Shown here piece after piece: positions 11,357 through 24,750 of a stretch of DNA of 64,000 bases (the stretch's first letter is position 1; each line of letters begins with the position of its first letter). Below the pieces are notes generated by a model that saw only the letters and a list, made by a program, of their open reading frames with translations, did not search any database and had not been told where the DNA came from. Both the position numbers and the translations under genes were made by a program. Location of the stretch: NCBI GenBank assembly GCA_964016885.1, contig OZ024746.1, positions 46,872,001 through 46,936,000 of the forward strand, read 5' to 3'. Source of the stretch: Eledone cirrhosa. Taxonomy: Eukaryota.

Positions 11357-11976
11357 ACATACATATTTGTATTCCGGAAGTATTGAGTGCTAAACAAGAA
11401 AGATACTGGCCGTTTCAAATAATAAAATTGTGATTACTTTAACGTTTTCATATGGTAAGCTAATTAAACAATAATTCCATTCTGATTTCACGGCTAGGAA
11501 TGTTGCCTTTCAACTGTTCCTATGTCTGTGCTCGAAATAGATTTGTTGAGAACATTGTAAGCAATGAGATCAGAATCATTGGATATCGGTCTAAACCCTC
11601 ATTATACACATAGACACACGCACATACACACACACACACAAATATATATATATATATATATAATGCAAATATTTACTTTTTCGACTATATGTGTCATATC
11701 ATTCCATACGCAATAGACGCGATTAGTATTTGTAAGTTGTGCCAGGATCTAGCTTTAAAACAGTACGCCGGATAACTTCAAATAAACTCTTGGCTAGAGT
11801 CCAATCACTGACACTAGTAAAAGAATTATGCATTATATATATATTTATATAGAAATAGGATTTCGCTTCAAGCATAGCGTTATACAAATATGTATAGAAA
11901 TTTCGTATTTCTAAAGAAACACGGTTTTAGGAAGCCGTAGCTATGCAAACACCGGGGCTAATGCCCTCTGGTGGTG

Positions 11977-12068
11977 TCCAGCAGAAGCAAGGGGGACAAC
12001 CGTCTATGCATTTCAGGCTTGACTGGCCTTCTTCAGGACGGTCCCTCCCACCGCTTGTAACTGCTGGA
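11977..12068 (-). ncRNA. Canonical type I hammerhead ribozyme with extended stem I
   Basis: Minus: ACCGTC-CTGAAGA-AGGC cagtcaa GCCT-GAAA-TGCA-T-A-GACGGT (11999-12042); distal pairing TCCAGCAG/CTGCTGGA and AAGC/GCTT. Confidence 0.88.
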
Positions 12069-13356
12069 TTTGAAAACAGTCGACAATATATAGTTTTCTC
12101 GTCTGTGTAAATGAGGTGATTAATCTCATTTGCATATAAAGCTGCATAAGTTGGCTCAACTTATAATAGAATAGAAATAGGACATCTTTTCTTTTGGATT
12201 TTCACCTGTGTACTTACAGGATCATTAGAAGATATCTGTATGAATATCCTATGAATATACAGGTGAAACTCCAGAGTAACAAGATTCATTATCTAACCAT
12301 ACATGTAAATTTACAATACAACACGAAAAGAATTTTGTTTATACAAAATAGATTATATTTTATAAAATAATCATGATTACCTTATTACTTTTTATACTAA
12401 CCGGTTTCGTTGCATTACTCTTCAAAGATTGATGTCAGTTTGTGCTGGTTTTGGATATATTTCACACATTGCTGCATAACATTTCATGATGTAGTCGGTG
12501 AAATATATCCAACAATAACAAATAATATATACAACAATATTAGCCACATAAATTTAACAAAGGGGAATATTGTACTAATTGATAATTTGAAGATAAACTA
12601 CAATTCTTTTTATTTCTCTCTTTCACTTTCTTGTTCTCCCCTCTCCTTGTTTTTCCCCCCTCTTTTTTCTTTCTTTTCACTGGCACATGCACTTTTACCA
12701 CCCTCTTCCAAGCGTTACAATCCTTTTATACGACTACAGCTTTTATATAATAGATTGATTAATATAATTTGGTGTATGTTTTGTCAGCCAACACAGAATA
12801 CAACTCAGGATATGTTACACTATCATTAAAAAGCGTTAATGAAACTCGTCGAGGCCTGTCGATTGAGCAATCGAATAGCAGAATAAGAAACAAAAATATA
12901 CATTTGATGGCGTACAGAATAACAATTTAAAAATAGTTAATAGGTTTACTTCGTTATTTCTCATTGGCAAATATTTCATCAAAAATTCAACCTCGCTCTT
13001 AGTGAAGCAATGTTGCATGGAATATATGAATATTTATGCTACGATATATTGATTAGGTGACATTATTAACGACTATAACGACTAATGTCTTTATATGTTT
13101 AACAGAAAAAACGCTATTGGAAGTGAACGATGTGGTAGTTTTGGTGGAATATTGCAAAAATATTACACGAAGGTTTTTCTATAAATATGTGCGAGAGAGA
13201 TTTCCTGGTCGCTCTATTTTCTGGAGGTAACCGCACAATTTCCTACAAATCGAATGATAATGCTTTGACTAATAAAACTACATTTTTAGATATAGCAAAG
13301 GTGCTGTGCTTTGTAATATTCACCATTTGACTTCTGATTTCGCCAGTGACAACATT

Positions 13357-13470
13357 AATTGTTTCTACTTTTGGCACAAGGCCAGCAGTTGTGCCAGTAC
13401 GTTACTGGTGCTTTATTTTATCGACCCCATAAGAATGAAAGGCAAAGCTAACCTCGGCAGGATTTGAATT
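13357..13470 (-). mobile_element. Octopus-type tRNA-derived SINE fragment (Nin/Deu-like central domain)
   Basis: aattgtttctact..ggcacaaggccagca..ttttatcgacccc..gaaaggcaaag..acctcggc..atttgaa, shared with many copies in the window. Confidence 0.8.
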
Positions 13471-14074
13471 CATTCTGCCAACTCACTGTTCAATATCAAC
13501 AACAATATTCCACAACATAACTATCGAATTCACTACAAATTCTAATAATACCAGCTCTGATGAACATTCATGATGACAGCTGATCTGTAACATTAATAAA
13601 ATAGTATCTCAAAGGTTAAGGTTCTTCTTCCGTGACAGAAAAGATTTCAAACTTGATCACTTTTTTCATCTTCCTATGCAGCGTACAAATATTAAATAGT
13701 ATATAAAGCTTTGCTGTTTGTATATACGCTAATATTCTAGACTACATTTAACGATATACAAATCAACGGTAACATTTCATTTTCAATCAAATTTACTATT
13801 TCAAAGTCCCTCCCTCTCAATATCTATCACTTATACAGTTCCTAAAATGGCTTCTACTAATTTTAATCAGTAGGATACATCACACGTCGACTCAAGTCTA
13901 TCTAAAACACTCACCACTACAGACATTTATCAGTCTTTCTTGCCGGAATTGAAGCCAATTCTGAAATTCAAACTTAATTTCGAACACATCTATCTCACCA
14001 AACGAAGAAAATGATGTAAATTGTATGTATAAAATCATGCACACATCAGACTAAAACAACAACAACAACAATAT

Positions 14075-14212
14075 AATTGTTTCTGATTTAGGCACAAGGC
14101 CAAACGTTTGGTGGGGAGGAGAAAGTCATTTAAATCTACCCTAGTGCGTTACTGGCATTTTGTTTTATAGACCCTCGGTGGGATTTGAAATCAGAACGCA
14201 AAGGGCCGTAAC
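14075..14212 (-). mobile_element. Same SINE family, diverged
   Basis: attgtttctgatttaggcacaaggcc..gatttgaaatcagaac..ggccgtaact. Confidence 0.7.
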
Positions 14213-15290
14213 TATATAACCTGATTAATTGTATAAACTGAACTGAAACTCAAATGGTGCAAGTGTTAATTGGCAACATTTGAAACATGCAATTTCACAT
14301 CATATGGCTTGCAAAATAAATACAAGAACGATTATGATTGTCTTTATCTCTATTTCACTCTTTACTTAATATCGCTGTATAACTTTCCACTCATAGGCTC
14401 TAAGGTGATGTATTATTACTTGTGCCGGTGCGAGTTCTATATTTCCCATTTTGTGAGTTGCACGAAAGAACATTCCATCGGAAATGCTTTCAGTTTGCAT
14501 CTTTTCTCCACTATTATAAAGTTGTGTACAGTATAGAAAAACAATTCTATAAACGTTGCAGTAAAAGTGAACGAAAACAGAGTGGAAGCAGAAATGTCTT
14601 CTTGCTTTACTCCATTGACAAAATTAATAGTTTACTATAGTTTACCATTCAAATTGATCCATGCGTAACACATAAGCCATGTGAGAAGGTTTGTAAATCT
14701 ATTGAAGGATTAAAAATGTAGCGCAAGAGCTGTATCTCTGCATGCTGATATGACAGCTGTAGCTTTGCTTGTAAGGTCTTCCGAAGACGTACAGAATGTT
14801 GGAGGTTTTAAAGAGCCGCTGTCGAGAACACGGTTCTATTTAATAGTCAGCTATTGTCTTCCGCGGATGCGAGTGAACATCCATCACATATATATGTATA
14901 TTGAGCGTGTGTGTGCATATCTGAGCGTAAATATGTGTGCATGTGTGTGGGTGTTCATGTACGAACATACATTAAACATAGTCTGCGATATTTTAGAGTT
15001 GTAACTATTTAGGAATAGAAAGATTGGAGAAGATATAAACGGAAGTATCGTTTTACGAAATCGGAGACGTTGCTTGTAAATTGATATACGGTGACAGTCA
15101 TAAAACCTTATAAACTTGTACACTTTTAGAGAAACACATACATAAACATACAAATACATAACACACACATACACACACATACATATATTATATATACATA
15201 TGCATATACATACATATATATATATATATAGCCAGACGCTGGCCGGGGGACGCTGTATACCAGCAATCTTCGTTACTATATATATATATA

Positions 15291-16600
15291 GTTATAGGAA
15301 TAACCAAAAAGTGCTTAGAAATACATTGTTTTATTAGCTAACAGTGTTTCATCCATACACCATGGCAGGAATCATCAGAGACTATAAACATGAGTATATC
15401 AGTAGTTGCATGCTCCATCGAGCTGCGTCACCAGAACAAGGTTAAATGACCAGCAGGGGGTCCCGAGGTCAGCGCTATATGGAAAAAGGCAGAATACATG
15501 ATGCACATAATGTCATAAAATGTCTTAAAAATTTAAAAATGACAAATTACACCAAAAATGTATCACTTAAATGGTGCAATAGATGATAAAGAGGTTGGGA
15601 GAGGGTAGCAAGGGATGAGTGAGGGTATTACTCACCATGATCAGAAACAATAAGAAAATAATGAAAAAAATAATAAAAAAGTACAAAAATACAGAGATAA
15701 GAAAAGAGATAAATATAAAAATACAAAACAATAAAGGAACAAACAGCCCGGAAACCCCAAAGAAATATAAGACAAAGCAAAGCATAGATGCATCAAAGCA
15801 CAAGCAGTGCAAAAAGAGGGTGTACAGGCAGATCAAGAGAGTTTACAAGCATGAGTCTGTGAAAAGAATAGTAGGTTAGCAGTGGTGCAGCCTTACATGT
15901 ATGATAGTCCATATGAGGGATGGTGTACTCCAATTATATCGCCTTGTAACAGATCGTTTCTCCTTATCATATCCGCACCCTACGAACCGCATCGATATGT
16001 TCCAGTTCCGAACGTAAGTGAGATAACACTATTTTTCCAAAACCTATACCCAGGGGTATAGGACCATAGGCGGTCTGGGATATACACCTAAAATCTAAAA
16101 TAAAAAATAAATGAAAGTACGACGAGTTAAAGAAATGTATGGTATATATACAGCCGGCACAGATGTGAGGAAATTGAAAACACGCCAGATCCGCAGAAAC
16201 TGGCATTCCCCAAAATCCTCACGTTTGGTCGCTCAATCCAACGTGCCAGGTGAAATTCACTGTATTTCCAAGTTGGCGTTCAACCAATGTACGTCACTGT
16301 ATACAACTGTACGACAGTAAATGCAAATCGTGATGGCTAGCCCGTTACATATAGAGAAACAGTGTATATAAGAAACTCCGCTTCCAGAATCACATATGGC
16401 AGAATGAGCATATATTGTTATAATGCTAGGCGGGTTTATTATAGTGAGTGCAAATTTCTGTAGAATATATTGATGGAGCATACAACTACTGATATACACA
16501 TGTTTATAGGCTCTGATGATTCCTGCCATGGTGTATGGAAGGAACACTGTTAGCTAATAAAACAATGTATTTCTAAGCACTCTTTCGTTATTCCTATAAC
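15291..16600 (-). mobile_element. 5'-truncated Penelope-like element with decayed GIY-YIG remnant and inverted pLTR
   Basis: ~129-bp inverted arms 15291-15419 / 16472-16600, each with an HHR core; minus-strand remnants VTYIG*T (~16280) and ETICYK..TIPSYGL (~15950-15905). Confidence 0.7.
15330..15388 (-). ncRNA. Minimal type I hammerhead in pLTR (mirror copy at 16503-16561 has GAAA>GGAA)
   Basis: CTGATGA-tTCC..GGAt-GAAA-CA c TG-T-T-AGCT; imperfect stem I. Confidence 0.6.
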
Positions 16601-16916
16601 TATAACGGCTCTGTAGTATACTAGCTATCCTACATTGAGCTAAAACCACACTGTCATACCAAGCGCAATATATCTGCATGTCTGGGCATATTGATATATT
16701 TGTCAACGAAATATATATATATATATATATATGTTCCGAAGAGATTGTTTTCGTAAAAACCGGAGCATGCAGCAGAAAGCTCTCAACATTCGTAGTTTGT
16801 AGTTACGATGGAGATTCAGTATAATAATAATATTAATATAGATGCTGATGTTATATGAATAATATAAATTATGAATAAACGATTTATGTAACATCAGCAT
16901 CTTTATTAATGTTATT

Positions 16917-16989
<73 letters not shown>

Positions 16990-16995
<6 letters not shown>

Positions 16996-17249
16996 GAAAA
17001 ATCAGTGATGCATCTGAATTCAATTTATTGTGTGTTACAATTGTTTCGCTGGCGGACAGTTCGAGACACTATCATTGTGTGGATCTGTCTGATTCCGGAT
17101 CCGCAGGTTCGACGGACACATCTAATGATTTCGGAGCAAATTATCTTTCAGATCGAGACAGATCCATACAATGATCGAGCTGTCTGCCGGCGAAACAATT
17201 GTAACACACAATAAATTGCGTTCAGATGCATCACTCATTTTTCGTTTTA
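16990..17249. repeat. Imperfect inverted repeat (~100-bp arms), each arm carrying an HHR 3' half
   Basis: GAAACAATTGTA (17192-17203) with palindromic stem III and mirror at ~17035-17056; no intact CTGANGA found. Confidence 0.7.
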
Positions 17250-17332
17250 TAGTATATCACACTCTGCTCTGTAAGAACATAGAGTGCTCAACCGGCATAC
17301 CGCCTATGGAAGCATCTTATCTACCATCAGAT

Positions 17333-17443
<111 letters not shown>

Positions 17444-17573
17444 TGTAAAATCCTGAGTGCGCTGCCGCGGTCGGAATTTTACACATCTCTATACCCACTC
17501 TACATCTCCGGGTGTATTGAGCACTCACATGATTAGTGGTCTCCTCGGTCTCGGCACCGCAGACTCCCTCTCC

Positions 17574-17640
<67 letters not shown>

Positions 17641-18268
17641 CATACACACACACATATATATATATATATGTGTGTGTGTATCAGCGTAATAAACTTACAC
17701 ATACAAGATTAGATTTACTATGAAAAGTAAACAAATTAATTACACATGTTTTATCTCTGTGTGCACAGAACACGTGGGATCGATCTGGTTAGTTTGTAAT
17801 CTTAGAATTTATCAGAGGAGAAGTCCATAACCTCTGTCCACGGAGATATTCGTGGCTTATAGTTATTTTAATGTATGTAAACTACAACTCAGAGAAACTC
17901 ATCAGTCAAATATACATAAAAGGTATAACACGATCTTTTTAAAATAAACAATATTATTCTTGGTGTGGAAAAGAAAAGAAACAGTTATATCAAGTTATTT
18001 CAAAAGTTTTAACCCTCCTTGGGCAGAAAAAACTATAAGATAGGTCTCATTTTGAATACTTTTCACATTTATTAAAAGATGAAATATATATTACATATGA
18101 AATAGAAAGAAAACATGGTGAAGTGCACTATGTAATATATTAACGAACGCTGGCAACTCAGGTCAATATATTTCGCATATTTATGTTTGGCCATTTCTGA
18201 AATCTTTTTGCTCTTCCACACCGAAAACTAGCACATAGCCATTCCTATAGCCATTCCGAACAATAGTG

Positions 18269-18310
18269 CCCTAACCCTAACCCTAACCCTAACCCTAACC
18301 CTAACCCTAA
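18269..18310. repeat. Interstitial telomeric repeat (CCCTAA)7
   Basis: Seven perfect units. Confidence 0.97.
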
Positions 18311-18710
18311 TTAGCTACACGTGTCTACAGCAATTTCATATCTATGCAGATCTAATGAGAAATCTACAAATACTCCACACTTCAGATTTATACCTGTGAC
18401 TATTGGGGCTCTGGGACATGTTAGTAACTGCCTGAATACAGATCTTGAGAAGCTGGGGTTCACAGAAACAGAAAGAACACGACTAGTTAGGAAATTACAA
18501 GTACAATCCATTAATGGAACAGTAAAAATATGTAAAACATTCCAACAATTCTGCATCTAGTAACTACATATACACATGTACAGATACATCCACACATACA
18601 ATAACATCCATACCTGCACTCACATACATGCAGACAAGCATACATATCTACCTAGTTGATGTTGCGTAAATTCCAATGAGAGAGTCTTGTATCTATATTA
18701 GAAACCGACT
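18311..18710 (+). mobile_element. 3' end of an RLE-type (R4/Dong/NeSL-like) LINE with 3' UTR
   Basis: FIPVTIGALG..L.KLGF..LVRKLQVQSINGTVKICKTF is a typical restriction-like endonuclease C-terminus; stop at 18560. Confidence 0.75.
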
Positions 18711-19172
18711 CTCTCTCTCCCTCTCTCTCCCTCTCTCTCTACTGGCAAAGGTTTGTGAAATTATAAAACCACAAGAACATACATACACCCATCAATATAT
18801 ATACGAACAATGAGTAACAACATACAAACTGCTATAAAATTATAGAATCTTGTATATTTGTTCAATGTGTTTTAGGCTGCCACGCATAAATTTACAACAG
18901 AACATATATGAATAAATGTTTAATATTATTTTTCTAGTTCGGGTGTAGCTCATAAAAACGATATCTGATGTAGCAGAATGTTCCACTTTGTTGCACAGTT
19001 GAAGTCTTAAAGCAACACAACATATGTTTTTTGTACTCGTACGTGATAATTCATATTCTTATGCTTGATATGAAATTTGAAATATATCCACAGTCCTAAT
19101 CGACGTATCTCGAGCATACGTAATGCATTATTATTATACATTTCTTCGTGCATCGTAAATTACGAATAATTC

Positions 19173-19238
<66 letters not shown>

Positions 19239-19377
19239 ATGCGTGTCTGTATATATGTATATATCTATATATATACATACATCCACACATACATACACAC
19301 ACACAGACAGACACACACACACAGACACATACAGACACACGCACACATACATATATATATATATTTATATACGATAT

Positions 19378-19562
19378 TAATTGTTTCTACTTTAGGCACA
19401 AGGCCAGCAATTACCCAGTGCATTACTGGTACTTTATTTTATCGACCCCGTAAGGATGAAAGGCAAAGTCAACCTCGGCGGGATTTGAACTCAGATCGTA
19501 AAGGGACGTAACTATGCTGGAAAGCATGGCGTCCAACCCTCTGCCGATACTGCCAATCCACC
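19378..19562 (-). mobile_element. Near full-length Octopus-type SINE
   Basis: Minus: tRNA-like head (ggtggattggcagtatcgg), B-box-like GAGTTCAAATCC, central domain, tail agtagaaacaatt. Confidence 0.88.
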
Positions 19563-19566
19563 GATA

Positions 19567-19805
19567 AATAAATGGAAACTATATTTATAAAACCATATTT
19601 ATTTCATTATACATATTTCAGGGATACCAAATTAAATTATGGTATGCCTTCATCAGACAAAATACAATATATACGTCAAAGCTTATTTGTAAAACTGTTA
19701 TATATTGTATTTTGTCTGATGAAGGCATACCATAATTTACTTTGGTATCCCTGAAATATATATAATGAAATAAATATGGATTTATAAATATAGTTTCCAT
19801 TTATT
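19567..19805. repeat. Inverted repeat, ~107-bp arms and 25-bp spacer, one HHR per arm
   Basis: Arms 19567-19673 / 19699-19805 with few mismatches. Confidence 0.92.
19708..19772 (+). ncRNA. Type I hammerhead (mirror copy on minus at 19600-19664)
   Basis: TATTTTGT-CTGATGA-AGG c ATACCA..TGGTAT c CCT-GAAA-TATATA-T-A-ATGAAATA; 8-bp stem I with two G-U pairs; cut after 19764. Confidence 0.8.
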
Positions 19806-20193
19806 AATATCGTATATCTACTCCAAATACTTGTCGAGTGCTTTCTATCAGTTATAAAAATATTTACTTGTTGTATCCCAACAATTTTAAATAGAACTTT
19901 TGCATATATTTATATATATATATACATACATATATATGAGTATGTATATGTATATATTATTACAGGGATTTTTGCCGAAAAGTTGAGATTATGCCATTTC
20001 GATGACTAATGCGGAGTTAATCTGTTTTATTTTATTTTATTCAAGTCTATCTCTTTGTGGGTGGAACTATAAGTTGACTGGCAGATAGAGGAGTGCATTG
20101 GGGAGGTAAGTAGAGGGGAAATCTGCGATGACACTAAAGGATATATACACACACAAGCGCATATGAATACATATATACATCCACACATCCAGA

Positions 20194-20523
<330 letters not shown>

Positions 20524-22159
20524 GCACAATTGCACCGCAGAGCAGAGGATGCAGCGAAGAAACCAACGAGTTCTCAACACAAACCCCACCACTGGTCGCT
20601 GGGCAGTCGTTTGCAAGGGCTCATTTGGAACTCTTGGAGTTAGATAGTAATGTGCCAGTGAGCGAAGGATGCCCTCTATTGGATCTGCATCTGCCACGTT
20701 TTGTATCTTCTCCGAGTAACCTACCTTGGCGTGTGCGTTATTATAGTACTCGACGTGCTGGTGGAATATTTCTACAGAGAGAGAACGAGAGAGAGAAAAG
20801 AGAGAGAGCCTCCCAACAAGTAATAAGAATGAACATATTACTAATCCTGTTAAACTGATTTGTTATGCCCAGTTTATTGGATATCACCATAACCCTTACT
20901 CCTTATTGATAAATAGTATGTTTACGTGCTTAAAAAACTTGTTTGTTAATTACATAACCATAACAATATCTAGAAAATCAATGTCAAAAATTAACTACTG
21001 GATGAATTTTATCTGTTTAACGTGTTATTTATTAAAGTTTTACATCAAATATTTAATTAATAGTTGTGAAGGTAAAGGCAACAATGTTGAAAATAATATC
21101 ACAATATAAATCCTATTAAATGTTATGATTTAATGGATACTCACAACCCTTTACGATACTAAGATAAAAACGCATAATAGCAGATACCACTTCAAAATAC
21201 CGGTTTCTTCAGGCTTCTTAGAAATTTTGTAATAATCTCATTCATTTCAATACCATTGCTAATACATTATGTGTAGACAAAGCGAGTGTTTGAGGCCCTC
21301 AATTACACACACAATTGACAATGGCCCAATTAAAATATCTTTAGTTTTATTTTATATGGTTGTTTGTAAAACACGTGAAATATTTTTTTATAAGATGTAC
21401 TAACAATTCTCCTAGAAGCATTCATGAATATGGTAACATAATGCAATCGACCATCCAACATTCAGAAATATAAGAATATATTATATTGAACACTCTTCAT
21501 AAACATTAAACAATATTTGAATGTGATAGAATCCTCATTTCACACGATTATTAAATAACATTTCAACTTAAATATATCTCGTATAAAAGGCATGTAAATA
21601 TTTGCTTGAATATAGATTGCATGTATTAAAGCCTTTGATATGAGTGTTAATACGAATAAATTGGAAAAGATACGTTGGTTAAAAACTTAAAACTAAAGAC
21701 ATCAAACGCGACGTTCTTGTGGTTTTCAGCGTTTAATATTTGTAATTGCACTCGCCATCCTGAGGCACTGTTTAGGTGATTTTAAGTTGTCACTCAACCT
21801 GATAGAAATGGCTCTCAAATTACATACAACCGCCCTTGACTATAAATGTAACTAAGAAGCTGGACACGTTCCACTATTGAAGGTGACAGCACGGGTAGAT
21901 GTGAAACTGGGCACTTTCCACGAATGTTGACAAGGTAAATGGTATTGGAATGTATTATCTCAAATTCATCTTGGAAGACAAGCTCACAAATTAGATCCAT
22001 TTACCCCGAGCACTCTGAAGTGAATATATCTCTATATGTTTCCTGTGAGATATTTATTATTTGATATTTAATGTGTGATATGTAAAGTTTACTTATGTCA
22101 AATTATTATATACATTCAAAATTATCTTCTCTTTCTCTACTTTTTCCTTATTTAATAAT

Positions 22160-22349
22160 TGTTTCTACATTTGGCACAAGGCCAGTAATTATTCCAGTGC
22201 ATTACTGGTACTTTATTTTATCGACCCCGTAAGGATGAAAGGCAAAGTTAACCTCGGCGGGATTTGAACTCAGAATGGCAAGGGCCGTAACTCTATCCGT
22301 CAAAGCATGGCGTCCGACCCTCTACCGATACTGCCAATCCATGCCTTCA
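22160..22349 (-). mobile_element. Full-length Octopus-type SINE with 18-bp TSD
   Basis: TTTTCCTTATTTAATAAT at 22142-22159 and 22350-22367. Confidence 0.92.
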
Positions 22350-23099
22350 TTTTCCTTATTTAATAATGTCTATTTGTATGTCCATCACTATATGCAGTGG
22401 GGTCATTAGTACGATATTGCCACTTTCACTCTGCTAGTCATTATTTTGATTCAGCCAGTGGCAAAAGCAGTAAAGCCCTGAGCAGAATTTCTTATAATAT
22501 TTATTTACTTGTATGCCTCTACGTTTAGAATTTAAATGCCGCTGACTTTATTATCACATTTAAATTTACCCGATTCTATGAAGTATAGTGCTAGTTAAGT
22601 AAAAGAGGCGCGTAAAATGAGTATTCTTTCCCCTCAAATTGGTGCCTTTATACTACAGTAAAGGAGGCGAATTGGCAGAGTCGTTAGACCATTGAATAGA
22701 ATATTCTGCCGTATTTGTTTCGGCTCTCAGCTCTCCGAGTTCTATTTTACCTGATATCCATATACGGCAATAAAAAAGAGGACCAGTTTAGTACTAGGGT
22801 CAATTCTTTCGATATAATTATTTCTCTCTTCCACTTTCTCACTCTCTGATATCTGCTGTATTCAGATCGGGAGAGGATATGGACTCCATCAGGTTAATAA
22901 GAAATACCTTAGAAATGTACGGATGCTAGAGTTTATAAACACGAGAAAGGAATATACTCAACATAAAATTAGAACACAAATAGTACATTGATAAAACATT
23001 ATCGACAGGATCTTGTTGGAACTCTTTCTAACTTATATTTAAGCACTTTCTTGAGTCTGGAAAACACAATGTTGGTAGTTGGCGAATGATGAGTAAATA

Positions 23100-24750
23100 T
23101 CTGTTTACAACAACCTCAACGTTACGCGATGGAGTCCACCCACAGAATGGAGAAGGCGTTTCCCCGGAGGACGGCAAGGGAGACGCGCTGGAAAAACCAC
23201 TCCAGCTCGCGGGGCTCACACCTGCGGCTGGCCAGCTCAGCGCCTATGGTGGTGAGTAAGGAGGTAGCCCTGGAGCCGAGGACACCAGAAGTCTCCACTG
23301 CCGGGGGTACGACCGCAAACCTGTCGGAGAGCGACCGGTATTTAAGGAGATTGGTCCCCTTAGCCCGGCGTGCAGCAGAACCTGGGTCAGTCGCAGACTG
23401 CACCAGTTTGCGGCTGCAGAAAGTGTCGGTGCAAGTGTCATCCCAGACGAGGGGTTTGCCACCGCGGAACGGGAAGATGGTCATGCCATCTGGCCTTTTA
23501 CCGTCCCCTCGATCCAGCTACAAAGTCTCGAGCTGGGAAGGGAAGCCTGCAGCTTCCAAGCCATGCTTAATGACTTCGTTGAGAGCAGCATGGCGTGGAA
23601 TGCGGCTGGCACCGTGACGACAGGAAAGCGGGTAGAGGCCGAAAGAGTGCACGGTGGAACCGCAGCGACATTGGTGTGGCTCGCAGATCTGGAGGCCGAG
23701 CCCCAGGGAAACGCCGATGCGCAGGCTATTATTGTCTAACTGAGTGCCAGTGGAGAAGGAGGGCAGTGCATGGAGCCAGGCACCACTGTGGGGTTTGGAG
23801 GCCGCACGAAAACAAGCACGGCGGTGCTGGTCGAGCTGGCGCGTGTGCCTGTCTGAGGCCAGGCTGCACTGGATGGCATCCCAGGTGTGTTGGGAGGACT
23901 TGACGTCAACAGGGGGAGAAGGAGGAGAGACGTCTACTGAGCTAAGTCCCAGCCGGTCCCACGTCTCACAGTCGGCCTCACGTTCTCTGAACACAGAGGA
24001 TTCTGCTGACGAGGACTCGGCACGAGGTTACTCACGAAAGATGCGCTGGTAAAGCTAGTGAGATCGGGGACCGGAGGCCAAGGCCGCCATACCTGACAGG
24101 TAAAGTGGCCTCTTGCTACCCTATTTCGTCAAACTTGATGTTGCATATCTCCTCGGCTGCTGCTCGGATACAAGTATCCAGGTCAGCGAGGAGAGATGTC
24201 TGGGTGTAGCACGGAGCGCTGCGGAGTGTATAGATGAGCTTCGGCATGGCGAAGCAGTTCCTCAGCAGAAAGAGAGCTGGGTGACCGTCAATCAAGCCCA
24301 GTCGGCCCCCTGATGGTGGAGCGGATGGCCGGTGTGTGGATTGGTGACCTGAGGATGAGGACATCCCCTTTGGGGGTCACCTGAACCTGGCGGAGAATGG
24401 ACCGCACGTCCAAGACGGAGGTTGCAAAGCTCGCAGCATCGAGGCTGACATTCACCACCTCCGACTCGGCCGAGTTGACCTGGAGGCCGATTCCCACCAG
24501 GGCAGGAACCACCGATTGAAGGTCATGGCATACCGTCCGTACGGGCCCGCCCAACGTAGCATCATCCAGATACCAAACGTTGAGAGGGGCCGTGATACTC
24601 CGGGAGATGTGGTCAATACCAAGGGCGAAGAGGAGGTGTCCCAAATGGTCGCCCTGTTGGACCCCAGTGGCCGAGGGTATGAACGTATCAGCAGCAAGAG
24701 CATGCTCAGGGCTCCATATGACAGGTAGGCTAGCGGGTAATTGCATATGT
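23100..24750 (-). mobile_element. 5'-truncated, frameshifted CRE-clade non-LTR retrotransposon (RT + CCHC-like + RLE)
   Basis: GVQQGDHLGHLLF, WYLDDATLGGP, ALFLLRNCFAMPKLIYTLR, HSGAWLHALP, C.CG..C..RIPRHAALNEVI, GKPLVWDDTCTDT, AVETSG, FFQRVSLAVLRGNA; markedly GC-rich. Confidence 0.9.
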
